Position numbers and translations under genes: made by a program. A stretch of DNA of 63,996 nt, filler included, from Chiloscyllium plagiosum (Eukaryota), in the NCBI RefSeq assembly GCF_004010195.1. It is 5 parts of one record of this genome, joined end to end, with 100 filler letters (N's around TTAATTAATTAA, not from the genome) between each part and the next. Parts side by side here need not be neighbours in the genome. Positions count along the whole stretch, not along the records: positions 37,179 to 53,545 come from NC_057714.1; positions 53,646 to 61,459 come from NC_057714.1; positions 61,560 to 63,996 come from NC_057714.1; 2 more parts are not named here. The stretch is one strand, 5' to 3'. Positions 50,095-62,400 of the stretch are shown piece by piece (the first letter of the stretch is position 1; each line of letters begins with the position of its first letter). The notes under the pieces were generated by a model, which worked only from the letters and a program-made list of their open reading frames with translations, was not told the origin of the DNA and did not search any database.

Positions 50095-50925
50095 AGGGGC
50101 TAACGTGGTGCCACTCTTTAAGAAGAGTAGTAAAGACAAGCCAGGGATTTATAGACCAGTGAGCCTGACATCAGTGGTGGGCAAGTTGTTGGAGGGAATC
50201 CTGAGGGACAGGCTATGCATGTATTTGTAAAGGCAAGGACTGATTCGAGATAGTCAACATGGCTTTGTGCATGGGAAATTATGTCTCACAAACTTGATTG
50301 AGTTTTTTGAAGAAGAAACAAAGAGGATTGATGAGGGCAGAGTGGTAGATGTGATCTATATGGACTTCAGTAAGGCATTCGACAAGGTTCCCCATGGGAG
50401 ACTGGTTAGCAAGATTAGATCTCATGGAATAAAGGGAGAACTAGTAATTTGGATATAGAACTGGCTCAAAGGTAGAAGACAGAGGGTGGTGGTGGAGGGT
50501 TGTTTTTCAGACTGCAGGCCTGTGACCAGTGGAGTGCCACAAGGATCGGTGCTGGGTCCTCTACTTTTTGTCATTTACATAAATGATTAGGATACGAGCA
50601 TTAGAGGTACAGTTAGTAAGTTTGCAGATGACACCAAAATTGGAGGTGTAGTGGACAGCGAAGAGAGTTACCTTAGATTACAACAGGATCTGGACCAGAT
50701 GGGCCAATAGGCTGAGAAGTGGCAGATGGAGTTTAATTCAGATAAATGCGAGGTGCTGCATTTTGGGGAAGCAAATCTTAGCAGAACTTATACACTTCAT
50801 GGTAAGGTCCTAGGGAGTGTTGCTGAATAAAGAGACCTTGGAGTGCAGGTTCATAGCTCCTTGAAAGTGGAGCCGCAGGTAGATAGGATAGTGAAAAGAT
50901 GTTTGGTATGCTTTTCTTTATTGGT
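50095..50925 (+). mobile_element. CR1 reverse transcriptase fragment (with stops)
   Basis: [37 protein letters not shown] and KFADDTK. Confidence 0.95.
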
Positions 50926-51828
50926 CCTGTTTTTGTCTCAGAAGCAGAATTCACAAAAATGCTTGCTTTATTCTTATGAGCACAAGGTATTCCCAACGCT
51001 CTAAAATCCATATCTTCGATTTTCACTTATTTGTTCATGAGTTGTGGGTGTCATTGGATAGGCCTGCTTTTATTGCCTTGGTTAATGTAAAGTTAAGCTG
51101 ATTTCTTGAACTGGAAAAGTCCATGGAGGTAAGTATACCCAAAATGCGGATAGGAAGAGGGTTGCAGTATTTTTGCAGTGAACTTTCTGCACAGGGAGAG
51201 ATTGCAGCTGTATGAGCTGCTCTGAATATTGGCACCAGGAAAGTGAGACTGCTGGTTAGGGGCAGATTCTTCCAGACAGCTAGGACCAATCTGCCAAGCA
51301 GTCTCTGTGGAGGATTCAGCGTTGAGCAGTTTAACATTTTAACTAGGCTGTTTCTGCAGTTATTCAGTTCTTATAGGATAATCTACTGGAATTATAAACA
51401 GTTGTCATTCACAACGTAATTAAATGCTTGGCTGGGTGAGTTGGATCACTACATCATTTCATCCAATTCGTCTCCTTATTTCAATTCAATGCCAAATCTG
51501 AATTAGATCAGATGATATATTCTGCTGAGTTAATGGAATGATGGTCTTTGATCTTGTCTGATCTTCCTTAAACTATTACAGACATTCTCTTCACAGAATT
51601 ACTACAATGCAGAAGGATTCTACTTGGCCCATCATGCTTGCACTGGCTCTGTTATCTAGTCCAGCTCTGTTACCTTGTGTTCATCTCCAGATATTTCCCC
51701 ATATCCCTGCACACAATCGCTATTCAAAAAACATCCAATGCCCTCTTGACTGACTCAATTCAACCACATTTCCAGGTTGTGCATCCCATATCCCAATTAC
51801 TCACTCTGTGAAAAGGTTTTTTGTCTCA

Positions 51829-52035
51829 TCACTCTTGCTTCTGATTCAAAAGATTTTTGTTCCAATTTACTTCAGAAACTTGCATACTCAGCTGATATTC
51901 AAGTGTTGTATGGAGGGACTGCTGCACTATTGCAGATGTTGTCTTTCAAGTTAAGCCAACTTTACCTACTCAGGTAGTCATAAATGTGCCATGATATGAT
52001 TTCACAGTTATGCAGAGTGTTCTGACCAATTCTTA
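51829..52035 (+). mobile_element. Decayed Deu-domain SINE (SacSINE1/AmnSINE-like)
   Basis: actcttgcttctgattcaaaag head and gagggactgctgcactattgcagatgttgtctttc, which resembles the Deu domain as I recall it. Confidence 0.5.
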
Positions 52036-52049
52036 ATTCTCATCAGGTC

Positions 52050-52635
52050 AGATCTAGGAATGCTGTCATGGGTAACACAGCCACTGACGCCCAAAGCATA
52101 TCTATCATCTACAAAGCACAAGGCAGGAGTGTGATAGAATGCTGTCCACTTGCCTGGATGAGTGCAGCTCTAACAACACTCAAGAAGTTTGATACCATCC
52201 AGTACAAAGAAATATGCTTGACTGATCACCTCCACAAACATCCACTCCTTCCGGTACCAATGCCCAGTAGCAGCAGTGTGTACCATCTGCAAAATGCACT
52301 GCAGAACTTCTATGAAGATCCTCAGACAGCAACTTCCAAACCCAAGATCACTTCCACCGAGGGGGACAAGGGCAGCAGATATATGGGAATGCAACCACTT
52401 GCAAGTTCCCCTCCAATTGATTCACCATCCTGACATGAAAATATATCGCTATTCCTTCACTGCTGCTGGGTCAAAATCCTGGAATTCCCTCCCCTGGGGC
52501 ATTGTGGGTCAGCCAAATATATGTGGACGGCAGGTGTTCAAGCAGGCAGCTCACCTTCACCTTCTGAAGGACGATTAGGGATGGGAAACAAATGCTGGCC
52601 AGTAAGCAATGTCCATGTCCCACGAATGGATGAAA
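52050..52635 (+). mobile_element. CR1-clade LINE 3' end (tail shared with the tRNA-SINE family); related pieces at 51030-51170 and 62520-62992 (-)
   Basis: IYKAQGRSVIECCPLAWMSAALTTLKKFDTIQ...SKSWNSLP and the tail gggatggg.aacaaatgctggcc. Confidence 0.75.
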
Positions 52636-53375
52636 GCAACAGCAACACAGAAATAGATTTTCTGGTTACTGCAGCATTTCTCTTTGGGGATACTCAGTGT
52701 GCACAGATTGGCTGTTGTATTTCCTGCCATAAATTTCCTAAAATGTTGATCATCCTAGAAACATTGGTTCAGTTGGTAAATTGGCCACCAGCATGATAAC
52801 AAACCTGGCAGTCAAAACTCCTTGGACCTCCGACTGCCACATCTGGACAGTCTGATTCTCACTGAACCGCAGTGAAAGGTTGAAATTCCCATCTTACAAA
52901 TGTAAAAAAATGTTTAATTTCCCTTTTCAACCATCAGGAAAATACTGTTGGTAAATTAGTGCTAGGATCAGATGAGGAAGGGTATGTTGCTTTTTAGTAT
53001 ATGGCTCTATCAGACTTCAGTGAACGCACAGTTTGCCAATTCAAAATAAAGAAATCAATCACATGGTTTGCTTGAAGGAGAGATAGAGGATTTTTGTTAC
53101 TTACAAACTCCAAGAAGAACACTATAATGTGACACAAACATTTTGGGTTAAATCTTATCATCGTTTTCCCTAAGTACTAGTTTTTTCAAGTTCACTGGAG
53201 GGCTTTTGTCACGAGGCTGAGTGTAACTTACCAAACTAATCTCATTAAGTGTCTACCTCACCCTTATGGCATCCCTTTCACCAGATTGTGTCCCCAGCAT
53301 ACCACATATTTCATCCATATTCTTGACATCTGGATGAAAACCTGCCTGGCTGGGTGATGCACAGTCATTCTGAAG

Positions 53376-55030
53376 ATAGAACATAGAAGAATACAGCGCA
53401 GTACAGGCCTTTTGGCCCTCGATGTTGCGCCGATCCAAGCCCACCTAACCTACACTAGCCCACTATCCTCCATATGCCTATCCAATGCCCGCTTAAATGC
53501 CCATAAAGAGGGAGAGTCCACCACCGCTACTGGCAGGGCATTCCANNNNNNNNNNNNNNNNNNNNNNNNNNNNNNNNNNNNNNNNNNNNTTAATTAATTA
53601 ANNNNNNNNNNNNNNNNNNNNNNNNNNNNNNNNNNNNNNNNNNNNTATACACACTTCAATCCACTTTCCTGTTTACAGGCACCCTCCTTTGAGATTGATG
53701 CCATGTTCCTAACCTCCCTATACTCCAGGTCCTGCACCCTAAAGCTACAGTCTGGGTTCCCATGCCCCTGCAGAGTTAGTTTAAATCCCCCTCCCCAAGA
53801 GCACTAGCAAACCTCCCACTAAGGATACTGGTGCCCCTCAGGTTCAGGTGTAGACCATCCTGTTTATAGAGGTCCCACCTTCCCCAGAAGGAACCCCAGT
53901 TATCCAAATACCGGAATCCCTCCCTCCTGCACCATCCCTGTAGCCACGCATTTAACTGTTCTCTCTCCCTATTCCTCGACTCTCTATCACGTGGCATCGG
54001 TAACAAACCAGAGACAACAACTCTGTTTGTTCTAACTCTGAGCTTCCAACCTAGCTCCCTGAAAGCCTGCCTAACATCCTCAGCCTTCCTCCTACCTATG
54101 TCATTGGTGCCAATGTGGACCACGACTTCGGGCTGCTCCCCCGCCCCCTTAAGGACCCGGAAAACACGATCAGAGACATCACGTACCCTTGCACCTGGGA
54201 GGCAACATACCAAACGTGAGTCTCTCTCACCCCCACAGAACCGCCTATCTGTGCCCCGAACTATTGAGAGCCCAATTATTATTGCTCTGCTCTTCTCCAC
54301 CCTTCCCTTCTGAGCAACGGGGACAGGCTCCCTGTCAGAGGCCTGAGCCCCGTTACTTACCCCTGGTAAGTTGTCCCCCCCACCAGTATCCAAAACGGTA
54401 TACTTGTTCTTGAGGGGAACGGCCGCAGGGGGTCCCTGCACTGGCTGATTCCTCCCAGTCCGCCTCACTGTCACCCATCTGTCTGCAATCTTTGGAGTTA
54501 CTACTTCCCTAAAGCTCCGATCTATGACCCCCTCTGCCTCCCGAATGATCCTAAGTTCATCCAACTCCAGCTCCAGTTCCCTAACACGGTCTTGGAGGAG
54601 CTGGAGATGGGTGCACTTCCTGCAGGTGTAATCAGCAAGGACGACCATGGCATCCCTCACCTCAAACATGTTGCAAAAGGAACATTGCACTGCCTTCACT
54701 GCCATCCCTCTAAAAGTAACCTTTTTTTTTAAAAAAAACTGGGTCTAAAGAATAGAACAGCAAAATGCAGCACTTACCTACTTACCACAACGGGTCTTAT
54801 TATTAGGTTAGAGGAGGAGGGAGGGTGGGAGGCCCCACCTCTGTAGTGCCTCGGGTTCCTCTCCTGCACGCTTTTATAGGGAAAAAAAACCTACCCGGCT
54901 GCCCCTCTGGTCTTCGTCACTTCCCTCTGCTGCTCCCACTCTTTCTGTGAAGAGAAAAAAAAACACCGCTGCCCGCTACCGGTAAGTAATTTTAAAACAA
55001 ACTGTCTCACCTTAGCTGTAGCCTTCCGGA
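53376..55030 (-). mobile_element. CR1 element: 5' UTR, ORF1 and, across the linker gap, a 3' end
   Basis: 3' tail atagaacatagaa at 53376-53390, ORF1 at 53776-54705, and a putative 5' UTR to ~55030. ORF2 is absent at the gap. Confidence 0.8.
53776..54705 (-). CDS. CR1 ORF1 protein, 309 aa (zinc finger, coiled coil, SGNH esterase)
   Basis: CSFC...CRKC, LQDRVRELELELDELR, IIG(L)SIVRG, PGA, HIGTND and DGLHL. The ORF is uninterrupted. Confidence 0.9.
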   Translation of the reverse strand: MAVKAVQCSFCNMFEVRDAMVVLADYTCRKCTHLQLLQDRVRELELELDELRIIREAEGVIDRSFREVVTPKIADRWVTVRRTGRNQPVQGPPAAVPLKNKYTVLDTGGGDNLPGVSNGAQASDREPVPVAQKGRVEKSRAIIIGLSIVRGTDRRFCGGERDSRLVCCLPGARVRDVSDRVFRVLKGAGEQPEVVVHIGTNDIGRRKAEDVRQAFRELGWKLRVRTNRVVVSGLLPMPRDRESRNREREQLNAWLQGWCRREGFRYLDNWGSFWGRWDLYKQDGLHLNLRGTSILSGRFASALGEGDLN

Positions 55031-55098
55031 GATGTTGGAGAAGGGGAAGATAATGCCTCAATTCTCCAAAGGGGACTTGACAGTATAGTCTATAATGT

Positions 55099-55175
55099 TA
55101 AAAAATCACACAACACCAGGTTATAGTCCAACAGTTTAATTGGAAGCACACTAGCTTTCGGAGCACCGCTCCATC
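55099..55175 (-). mobile_element. 77-bp family B Penelope mini insertion with 14-bp TSD, truncated inside the hammerhead core
   Basis: ATAGTCTATAATGT at 55085-55098 and 55176-55189. It retains GGAGC ggu GCUCC GAAAGCUA GUG but lacks CUGA. Confidence 0.85.
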
Positions 55176-55802
55176 ATAGTCTATAATGTATCACATGGGC
55201 TCTTGTGATGAGATGCTAGTGTCCTGGTTCTAAGCCAAGAGCACTGTGTTCAAGTCCAATCTGCTCGAGAGATGTTTAATATACTTCTGAGCAGGTTGAT
55301 TAGAAAATATTAATAAAGTATGGTTTGCATATATCTGATTTTTTTTTAACTATATCTGTTTGTTTGAGTCTCTGTGTAGCCTGGACATGACTGTGCTGGC
55401 ACAATACTTAACTCAACGATCACACAGGATGCACCCTGGATCAATGACTATCAGCCTGTTGCAGCATCTGGAAGCAAAAGGTATTAAGTATATGTAAGAC
55501 AATGAGTTCTGCTGACATCATTACCACTCATGATTGAACATTCCCATTTTTCCCTGGCCTCTGCCTGAAGGTGCTGGTGGGAATAAAGTGGTCACCACCT
55601 CAGGAGCAGGAACAACACATAGGGAGCCAATGCTTTTGGATTGTCAGGGATTAAAGATCTTACATGTCTGTGTCTGTGTATAATGCTGTTGCCCTCTAAA
55701 AGGTCTCAAATTGGTGGTTTTGACTGCCCCCTCTCTCAGAATTCAAGACATTTACCCCATCCCACTCTGGGTGTGCTTAGAGCCATTTTCTTCCTCATTG
55801 TC

Positions 55803-57912
55803 AAAGAAAATCAAAGAAAATTTACAGCCCAGGAACAGGCCCTTCGGCCCTCCAAACCTGAGCCGATCCAAATCTATTGTCTAAACCTGTTGCCCAATTC
55901 CTAAGCATCTGTATCCCTCTGCTCCCCACCTACTCATGCATCTGTCCAGATGCATCTTAAATGAATCTACTGTGCCTGCCTCTACTACCTCTGCTGGCAA
56001 TGCGTTCCAGACACACACCACCCTCTGTGTAAAATACTTGCCACGTGTATCCCCCTGAAGTTTTTCACCTCTCACTGTGAAAGCATGACCTCTTGTCATT
56101 GAATCCTTCACCCTGGGAAAAAGCTTATCTATGTCTACCCTATCTATGCCCTTCATGATTTTGTAAACCTCAATCAAGTCCTCCTTTTTTCTAATGAAAT
56201 CAAACCTAACCTACTCAACCTCTCTTCATAGCTAGCACCTTCCATACCAGGCAGCATCCTTGTAAACCTTCTCTGCACCCTCTCCAAAGCATCCACATCT
56301 TTTTGGGAATATNNNNNNNNNNNNNNNNNNNNNNNNNNNNNNNNNNNNNNNNNNNNNNNNTTCATTGTATAATTCGCTCTAGAATTAGACTTGCCTAAAT
56401 GCATCACGTCACATTTGTCTGGATTGAGCTCCATCTGCCACTTTTCCACCCTACTCTCCAGTCAATCTATACCCTCCTGTATTCTTTGACAGTCCCTTAT
56501 GCTTTCTGTTACTCCACCAATCTTTGTGTCATCTGCAAACTTGTTGATCGTACCAACGGTGCCCTCTTCCAGATCATTTATGTATATTACAAACAACAGT
56601 GGCCACAATACTGACTCCTGTGGAACACCACTGGTCACCTTTCTCCATTTCGAGAAACTCCCTTCAACTACTACTCTCTGTCTCCTGTTACTCAACCAGT
56701 TCTTTATCCACCTAGCTAGAATACCCTGCACAACATGTGATTTCACTTTCTCTATTATTTTACCATGGGGAACCTTATCTAACACCTTACTAAAGTCTAT
56801 GTATATGACATCAACAGCCCTTCCTTCATCTATCAACTTGGTCACTTCCTCTATTAGGTTGATGAGGCATGATCTTCCCCGTACAAAACCATGTTGCCTA
56901 TCACTGATAAGCCCATTCTTTTCTAAATATTAATAGATCCTATCCCTCAGTACCTTCTCCAGCAACTTTCCCACCACTGACGTCAAGCTCACTGGTCTGT
57001 AGTTACCCAGAATATCCCTACTACCCTTCTTGTACAGGGGAACAACATGAGCAATCTTCCAGTCCTCTGGCACCTCACCTGTCTTTAAGGATGCCACAAA
57101 GATATCTGTCAGAGCCTCAGCTATTTCCTCTCTTGCCTCCCTCAGCAACCTGGGATTGATCCCATCCAGTCCTGGGGATTTGTCCACCTTAATAACCTCT
57201 AGCCACCCAACACATCTTCCCTACTTTTGTCAATATGATCCAGACTAATCAAACTTCTATCTCTAATCTCAACATTCATCATGTTCCTCTCCTCAGTGAA
57301 CACTGATATAAAGTAATCTTTCAGAATCTCAACCATTCTCTCAGGTTCGACATACAGCCTTCCTTCATTATCATAGTGGATCAATCCTTTCTCTAGTTAC
57401 CCACTTGCTTCTTATATAAGAATAAAATGCTTTGGGATTCTCCTTAATTCTGCTCGCTAAAGCTATTTCATGACCTCTTGTAGCTCGCTTGATTTCTCAT
57501 TTAAGACTGATCCAACTCTCCCAATATTCCTCCAGGGCCCATTCTGTTTTTAGCTGCCTAGACCATATGTACACTTCCCTTTTCCTCTTGGTTTGTCATA
57601 CGATTTCTCCTGTCATCCACGGTACACGAATCTTGCCTTTCCGATCCTTTGCCTTCAATGGGACATGCCTATCCTACACTATCTTTAACATATCTTTGAA
57701 AGCTTCCTGCATATTAAATGTGAACTTCCCTTCAAATAGCTGTATCCAATCCACATTTTCAAGCTCCTGCCTAATTTTGATATAATTGGTCTTGGCCCAG
57801 TTTAGTACTCTTCCCTTAGGACCACTCTCATCTTTGTCTATGAGTATTCTAAAACTTACAGAATTGTGGTCACCATTCCCAAAGAAATCCCCATCGCAAC
57901 TTCTACCACCTG
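55803..57912 (-). mobile_element. CR1 ORF2 (endonuclease end, RT, 3' end), frameshifted
   Basis: GDHNSVSF, DKSPGLDGI.PRLL, NYRPVSLTS, DFSK..DKVPH, GVPQ.SVL.P, KFADDTK and TRGH...WNALP. Confidence 0.93.
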
Positions 57913-58934
57913 GCAATGAATGTTGTTTAGCCATTAGATTCCGGTCTCTTCGTTTTGGTGAGTTACCAAACTTCCAGATCGTATTCCTGAAAGCCTAGCT
58001 CATAAACCTCATAGGCTTCATACATCCACAGGTGCCTACCCAAACTGTCTACATATTTACTGCCCATATTTCCTCCTAGCCTCTGGCATATGATGCAACT
58101 ATGCCAGGTTTGATCATGCACTACCCACCCACCTCCCTTGATGCCAGGGTATTCATAACATAGGCAAGCACACTTATCACAGTATCCAGCTCCCATTCAG
58201 TTTTACTGTATCTCCAAATTACTCCACATATAAAAATGTATCCCCTTGACAATTGTACTTCCACTGTCCTCCAAATCCTCCCAACCAGCAATCAAACCTG
58301 CCTCAAATCATGAAGGATAGAATTCTAACTCTCCTTTCTGCAGCAGTAGCGTCCATTGTCCTCCGCCCTGTCTCCATCTCCACCCCACACCCACCTCCAC
58401 CAGGCCCCTTACCCTTATTTGTCTTGGACAGACCTGACAGACTGACCATGGCCCACGCCCTTGTACAGTATAACAGGACAGCCCTGGATAACAAATGTTC
58501 AGACCCTTGTATAATGCCTGTACATCTCACCATGTTAGTCGTACTCATTGGACTGACCACTCTAGCTCCACAGGACTGTACATTACCTATCTGCTGAACT
58601 TCAGAGGCAAGGGCCCCTGACCAAGAACACTCTTACCAGTTGCCTGACCTTGACCAACCCTAGGACAGGAATAAGCGGTTGTCCTTGACTTCATGTGCCA
58701 GGGACCCATGAATGACAGTTGCCTCCATGAGGACTTCAGTGAGGACTATTACCAAAGGCTGAGAGACATACTGCTTGCTGCAAAGCATTGCGTTTGCCAC
58801 GTAAGCTGCTGGCACATGGTGCAGACGAGGCCAGGTTAGTTGCCTGATCATGTGACTGTGTTTATTGCCATGACGTGGCAAAGGAAGATAAGGCTGTAAG
58901 CCTGCAGATTGGTGTATGTGAATGAGCATTATAA

Positions 58935-59220
58935 GAGTGCACAGTGGCTCAGTGGTTAGCACTGCTGCCTCACAGCTCCTGGGACCCGGGTTGGATTCCA
59001 AACTCGGGTGACTGTCTGTGTGGAGTTTAAACATTCTCCATGTGTCTGCATAGGTTTCCTCTGGGTACTCTGGCTTCTTCCCACAATCCAAAGATGTGCA
59101 GGTCAGGTGAATTGGCCACGCTAAATTGCCCATAGCGTTAGGTGCATTAGTCAGGGGTAAATTATGGGTCTGGGTGGGCTGAAGGGCCTGTTTCCATACT
59201 GTAGGGAATCTTCTTCTAAT
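58935..59220 (+). mobile_element. HE1-type V-SINE, near full length
   Basis: tRNA-like head gtggctcagtggttagcactgctgcctcacag...gggttggattcc, V-domain and CR1-derived tail. Confidence 0.88.
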
Positions 59221-60740
59221 TTAAAAAAGAAGAGCAGTTCTGAGATGTGCTTTGGTCCAAACTGTGAGCCAGGTGCCTGTCCTTTCGTGCAAAGTGCCCT
59301 CACAACATCTTTTCAACGTTAGTGACTGGGACACCATGCATTGCAGTTCTGTGTTTCACAAGAGTCTCTCAAGTGGATCAGAAATGTGCCATGAGGATCG
59401 GGAGGAGTTGGCAAATGTTAGATGTTAAAGCCTGTGGGCAAAGGGTGAATATGGTTGGCGCCCATGTTGTGTGTCATCAGAACTTGTTTTACGTTGATCA
59501 ACATGGATGCTCCTTACAGCCAGCAGTGAGTGAATTTGAGGCTCTAACTTCCACGTTGACATTTCTTGACATCTAGATTTTTTGATAAGGTAGGAAGCTG
59601 ACTATTAATGAGGTGTTGCACTATTAATAAGATATCTAATAAGCAATAATCCCCGTTAATTGGCAACGCACTGCTGCTTAGTGATAAAATCTCCTCACTA
59701 CCTGAAAGATGCATACAAGATGTAACAAGTTGGTTATATGTTGAGATAGACCTTGCCAGACTTCTTGAGTGATTTGACTACAAATTCACCACAGCCCACA
59801 TCTGATAAGACTCTTCCTGTCAAACTGCAGCTTTTGTGTGAGATTTCTAATATTAAAACTATCTATTTATTCACGAGTAAGATGTGCTGCAGGTACATTT
59901 AATAGCTTTTAAAATGCCATATATAATATAATTTGATAGTTGACCAGTTAACAATTAAATATTTTGCCCTACAGTTACAATATACATATAACAAAATGCA
60001 ATAAATGAAGGTGAAAGCAATTTCAAAAATTACAATACAGAAATAATATGTTTCATGAATGGTAGACAAGAAACATTCAGTTGCAAAATAATGACAGATA
60101 GGCTTAGTTATTAAAACAAGAATTACTAAACATTTTAGAAGTGTTAATTAATATATTTGAGCAACTTGCAGTGCAAAGGCATTTTTGAAGATGTAAAAAA
60201 ATTTCAATCGCTCAGCTTGTAGTGAGAAGCACCATTCCAACAATTCCAAAGTAATTATCACATACTGTATGATAGAGTTCATTGTGACAAAATCAGTACC
60301 TCCTTTTGAACCTTCTTCACCTCCTGTAGAGATTGCAAATATTACATCATGAGGACAGCATCCTTTTAGACAAATGATCGATTTTGGTACAATTGCCGTG
60401 GTGGTTCACCAGTTCATGAGACTCACTTTGGCATGAGGGCTACAGAAAGATTGAAAATAAGAGCACAGATTTTTTTTTTACCTACATTTCAGGTGTGCCT
60501 GCAATTCTTTCATCAAAGTTGTGGCAAATAAGTGGGATGAATTCTTATGCAAATTCATCTCAGTAGAGATTATTAAATCTCTATTGTTAATTAGCCCAAA
60601 ATAATGGTGCTGCATTTTGATGGAAGAGCATTCTAATAATGCTTGATTCTTAACAACATGATCTTGAGCCATTCTCCAGTTACTACTTGCCAACAGTAAC
60701 ATGTCACCTTTATGGCACATTGAAAGTATAGAAATTCAAA

Positions 60741-61459
60741 GTTTGTGCGAAGATTTGTAGCTCGGGTGCTCGTTGTTGTGGTTCTGTTCGCCGAGCTGGA
60801 AGTTTTTGTTGCAAACGTTTTGTCCCCTGGCTAGGCGACATCATCAGTGCTTGGGAGCCTCTTGTGAAGCGCTTCGTTGATGTTTCCTCCGGTGTTTATA
60901 GTGGTCTGTCCCTGCCGCTTCCGGTTGTCAGTTTCAGCTGTCCGCTGTAGTGGTTGGTATATTAGGTCCAGGTCGATGTGTTTGTTGATGGAGTTTGTGG
61001 ATGAATGCCATGCCTCTAGGAATTCCCTGGCTGTTCTCTGTCTGGCTTGCCCTATGATAGTAGTGTTGTCCCAGTCGAATTCATGTTGCTTGTTGTCTGC
61101 ATGTGTGGCTACTAAGGATAGCTGGTCGTGTCGTTTCGTGGCTAGTTGATGTTCATGTATGCGGATTGTTAGCTGTCTTCCTGATGAAGTTGCACGGGTA
61201 TCCGTTTTTGGCGAATACCTTGTAGAATACACACACAGACAACAAGCAACATGAATTCGACTGGGACAACACTACTATCATAGGGCAAGCCAAACAAAGA
61301 ACAGCCAGGGAATTCCTATAGGCATGGCATTCATCCACAAACTCCATCAACAAACACATCGACCTGGACCCAATATACCAACACTTCTGCTGAAACTGAC
61401 AACCGGAAGCGGCAGGGACAGACCACTATAAACACCGGAGGAAACAACAAAGAAGCGCT
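60741..61459. mobile_element. Penelope-like element (Poseidon-type, family D) with inverted 3' copies
   Basis: GRQLTIRIHEHQLATKRHD..SLVATH...HEFDWDNTTII...REFLEAW (-), plus a short KNGYP remnant at ~61181-61228. 60868-61106 is inverted-duplicated at 61229-61459. Confidence 0.88.
60811..60850 (-). ncRNA. Type I hammerhead motif (family D), one core CpG mutation
   Basis: Minus strand: GCA-CUGAUGA-U-GUCgCCU agcc AGGgGAC-AAAACGUU-UGC, with G12 changed to A. Confidence 0.7.
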
Positions 61460-61559
61460 NNNNNNNNNNNNNNNNNNNNNNNNNNNNNNNNNNNNNNNNN
61501 NNNTTAATTAATTAANNNNNNNNNNNNNNNNNNNNNNNNNNNNNNNNNNNNNNNNNNNN

Positions 61560-62400
61560 AGCTCCACATTTCGATTGTCTGCATCCCCTGCATTTTGCTA
61601 CCCCATTCTATGCATCCTAATTCTTGCCTAATCACATTATAATTGCCCTTGCCCCATCAATAACTCTTGACCTGTGGCATGTACTTATCCCTTTCCATCG
61701 CTAAACTAAAAGTAACTGAATAATGGTCACTCTCTCCAAAGTGCTCACCTACCACTAAATCAAACATCAGGCCTGGTTCATTACTAAGCACCAGATCTAG
61801 TGTGGCCTCCCCTCTTGTCGGCCCTTCGACATACTGTGTCAGGAAAATCCTGGAACCTGCAACATCCATTCCTCACCCTACTCTACCCATGTCTCCGAAA
61901 TGGCCACAACGTCGAAGTCCCAGGTATCTATCCATGCTGCAAGCTCACCCACCTTATTTCGGATACTTCTGGCATTGAAGTCGACACACTTCAAACCACT
62001 TCGCTGTCTGCCAGCACACTTCTGTGACCCTGAAATCCTGTCTCTGTCCTTCCTACTCTCATCCTCCTGTGTACTGCACCGGTTCCCATCCCACTGCTGA
62101 GCAAGTTTAAACCTACCCGAATAGCACCAGCAAATTTCCCACCCCAGATATTAGTACCCCTCTGGTTCAAGTGAAGACCGTCCTGTTCGTACAAGTCACC
62201 TTCCCCAGAATGAGCCCCAATTATCCAAGAACCTGAAACCCTCCCTCCTGCACCATGTTTTATAAATTCTCAAGGATCGGGTTCGCAGGAGAGTAGTCTG
62301 ACACAGACCAGGAGAAACTTCCACCCTAGCTCCCTGAAATCCTGCCTTACATCCCTATCCCTCTTTCTACCTATGTTGTTGGTACCTACATGGACAATTC
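61560..62400 (-). mobile_element. CR1 fragments (ORF1 C-terminus and endonuclease end)
   Basis: YEQDGLHLNQRGTNI and FLTQYVEGPTRGEATLDLVL...SDHYSV. Confidence 0.85.

Noticed and set aside
58935..59010. tRNA gene
   Set aside because: It is the tRNA-derived head of an HE1 SINE, followed directly by the V-domain.
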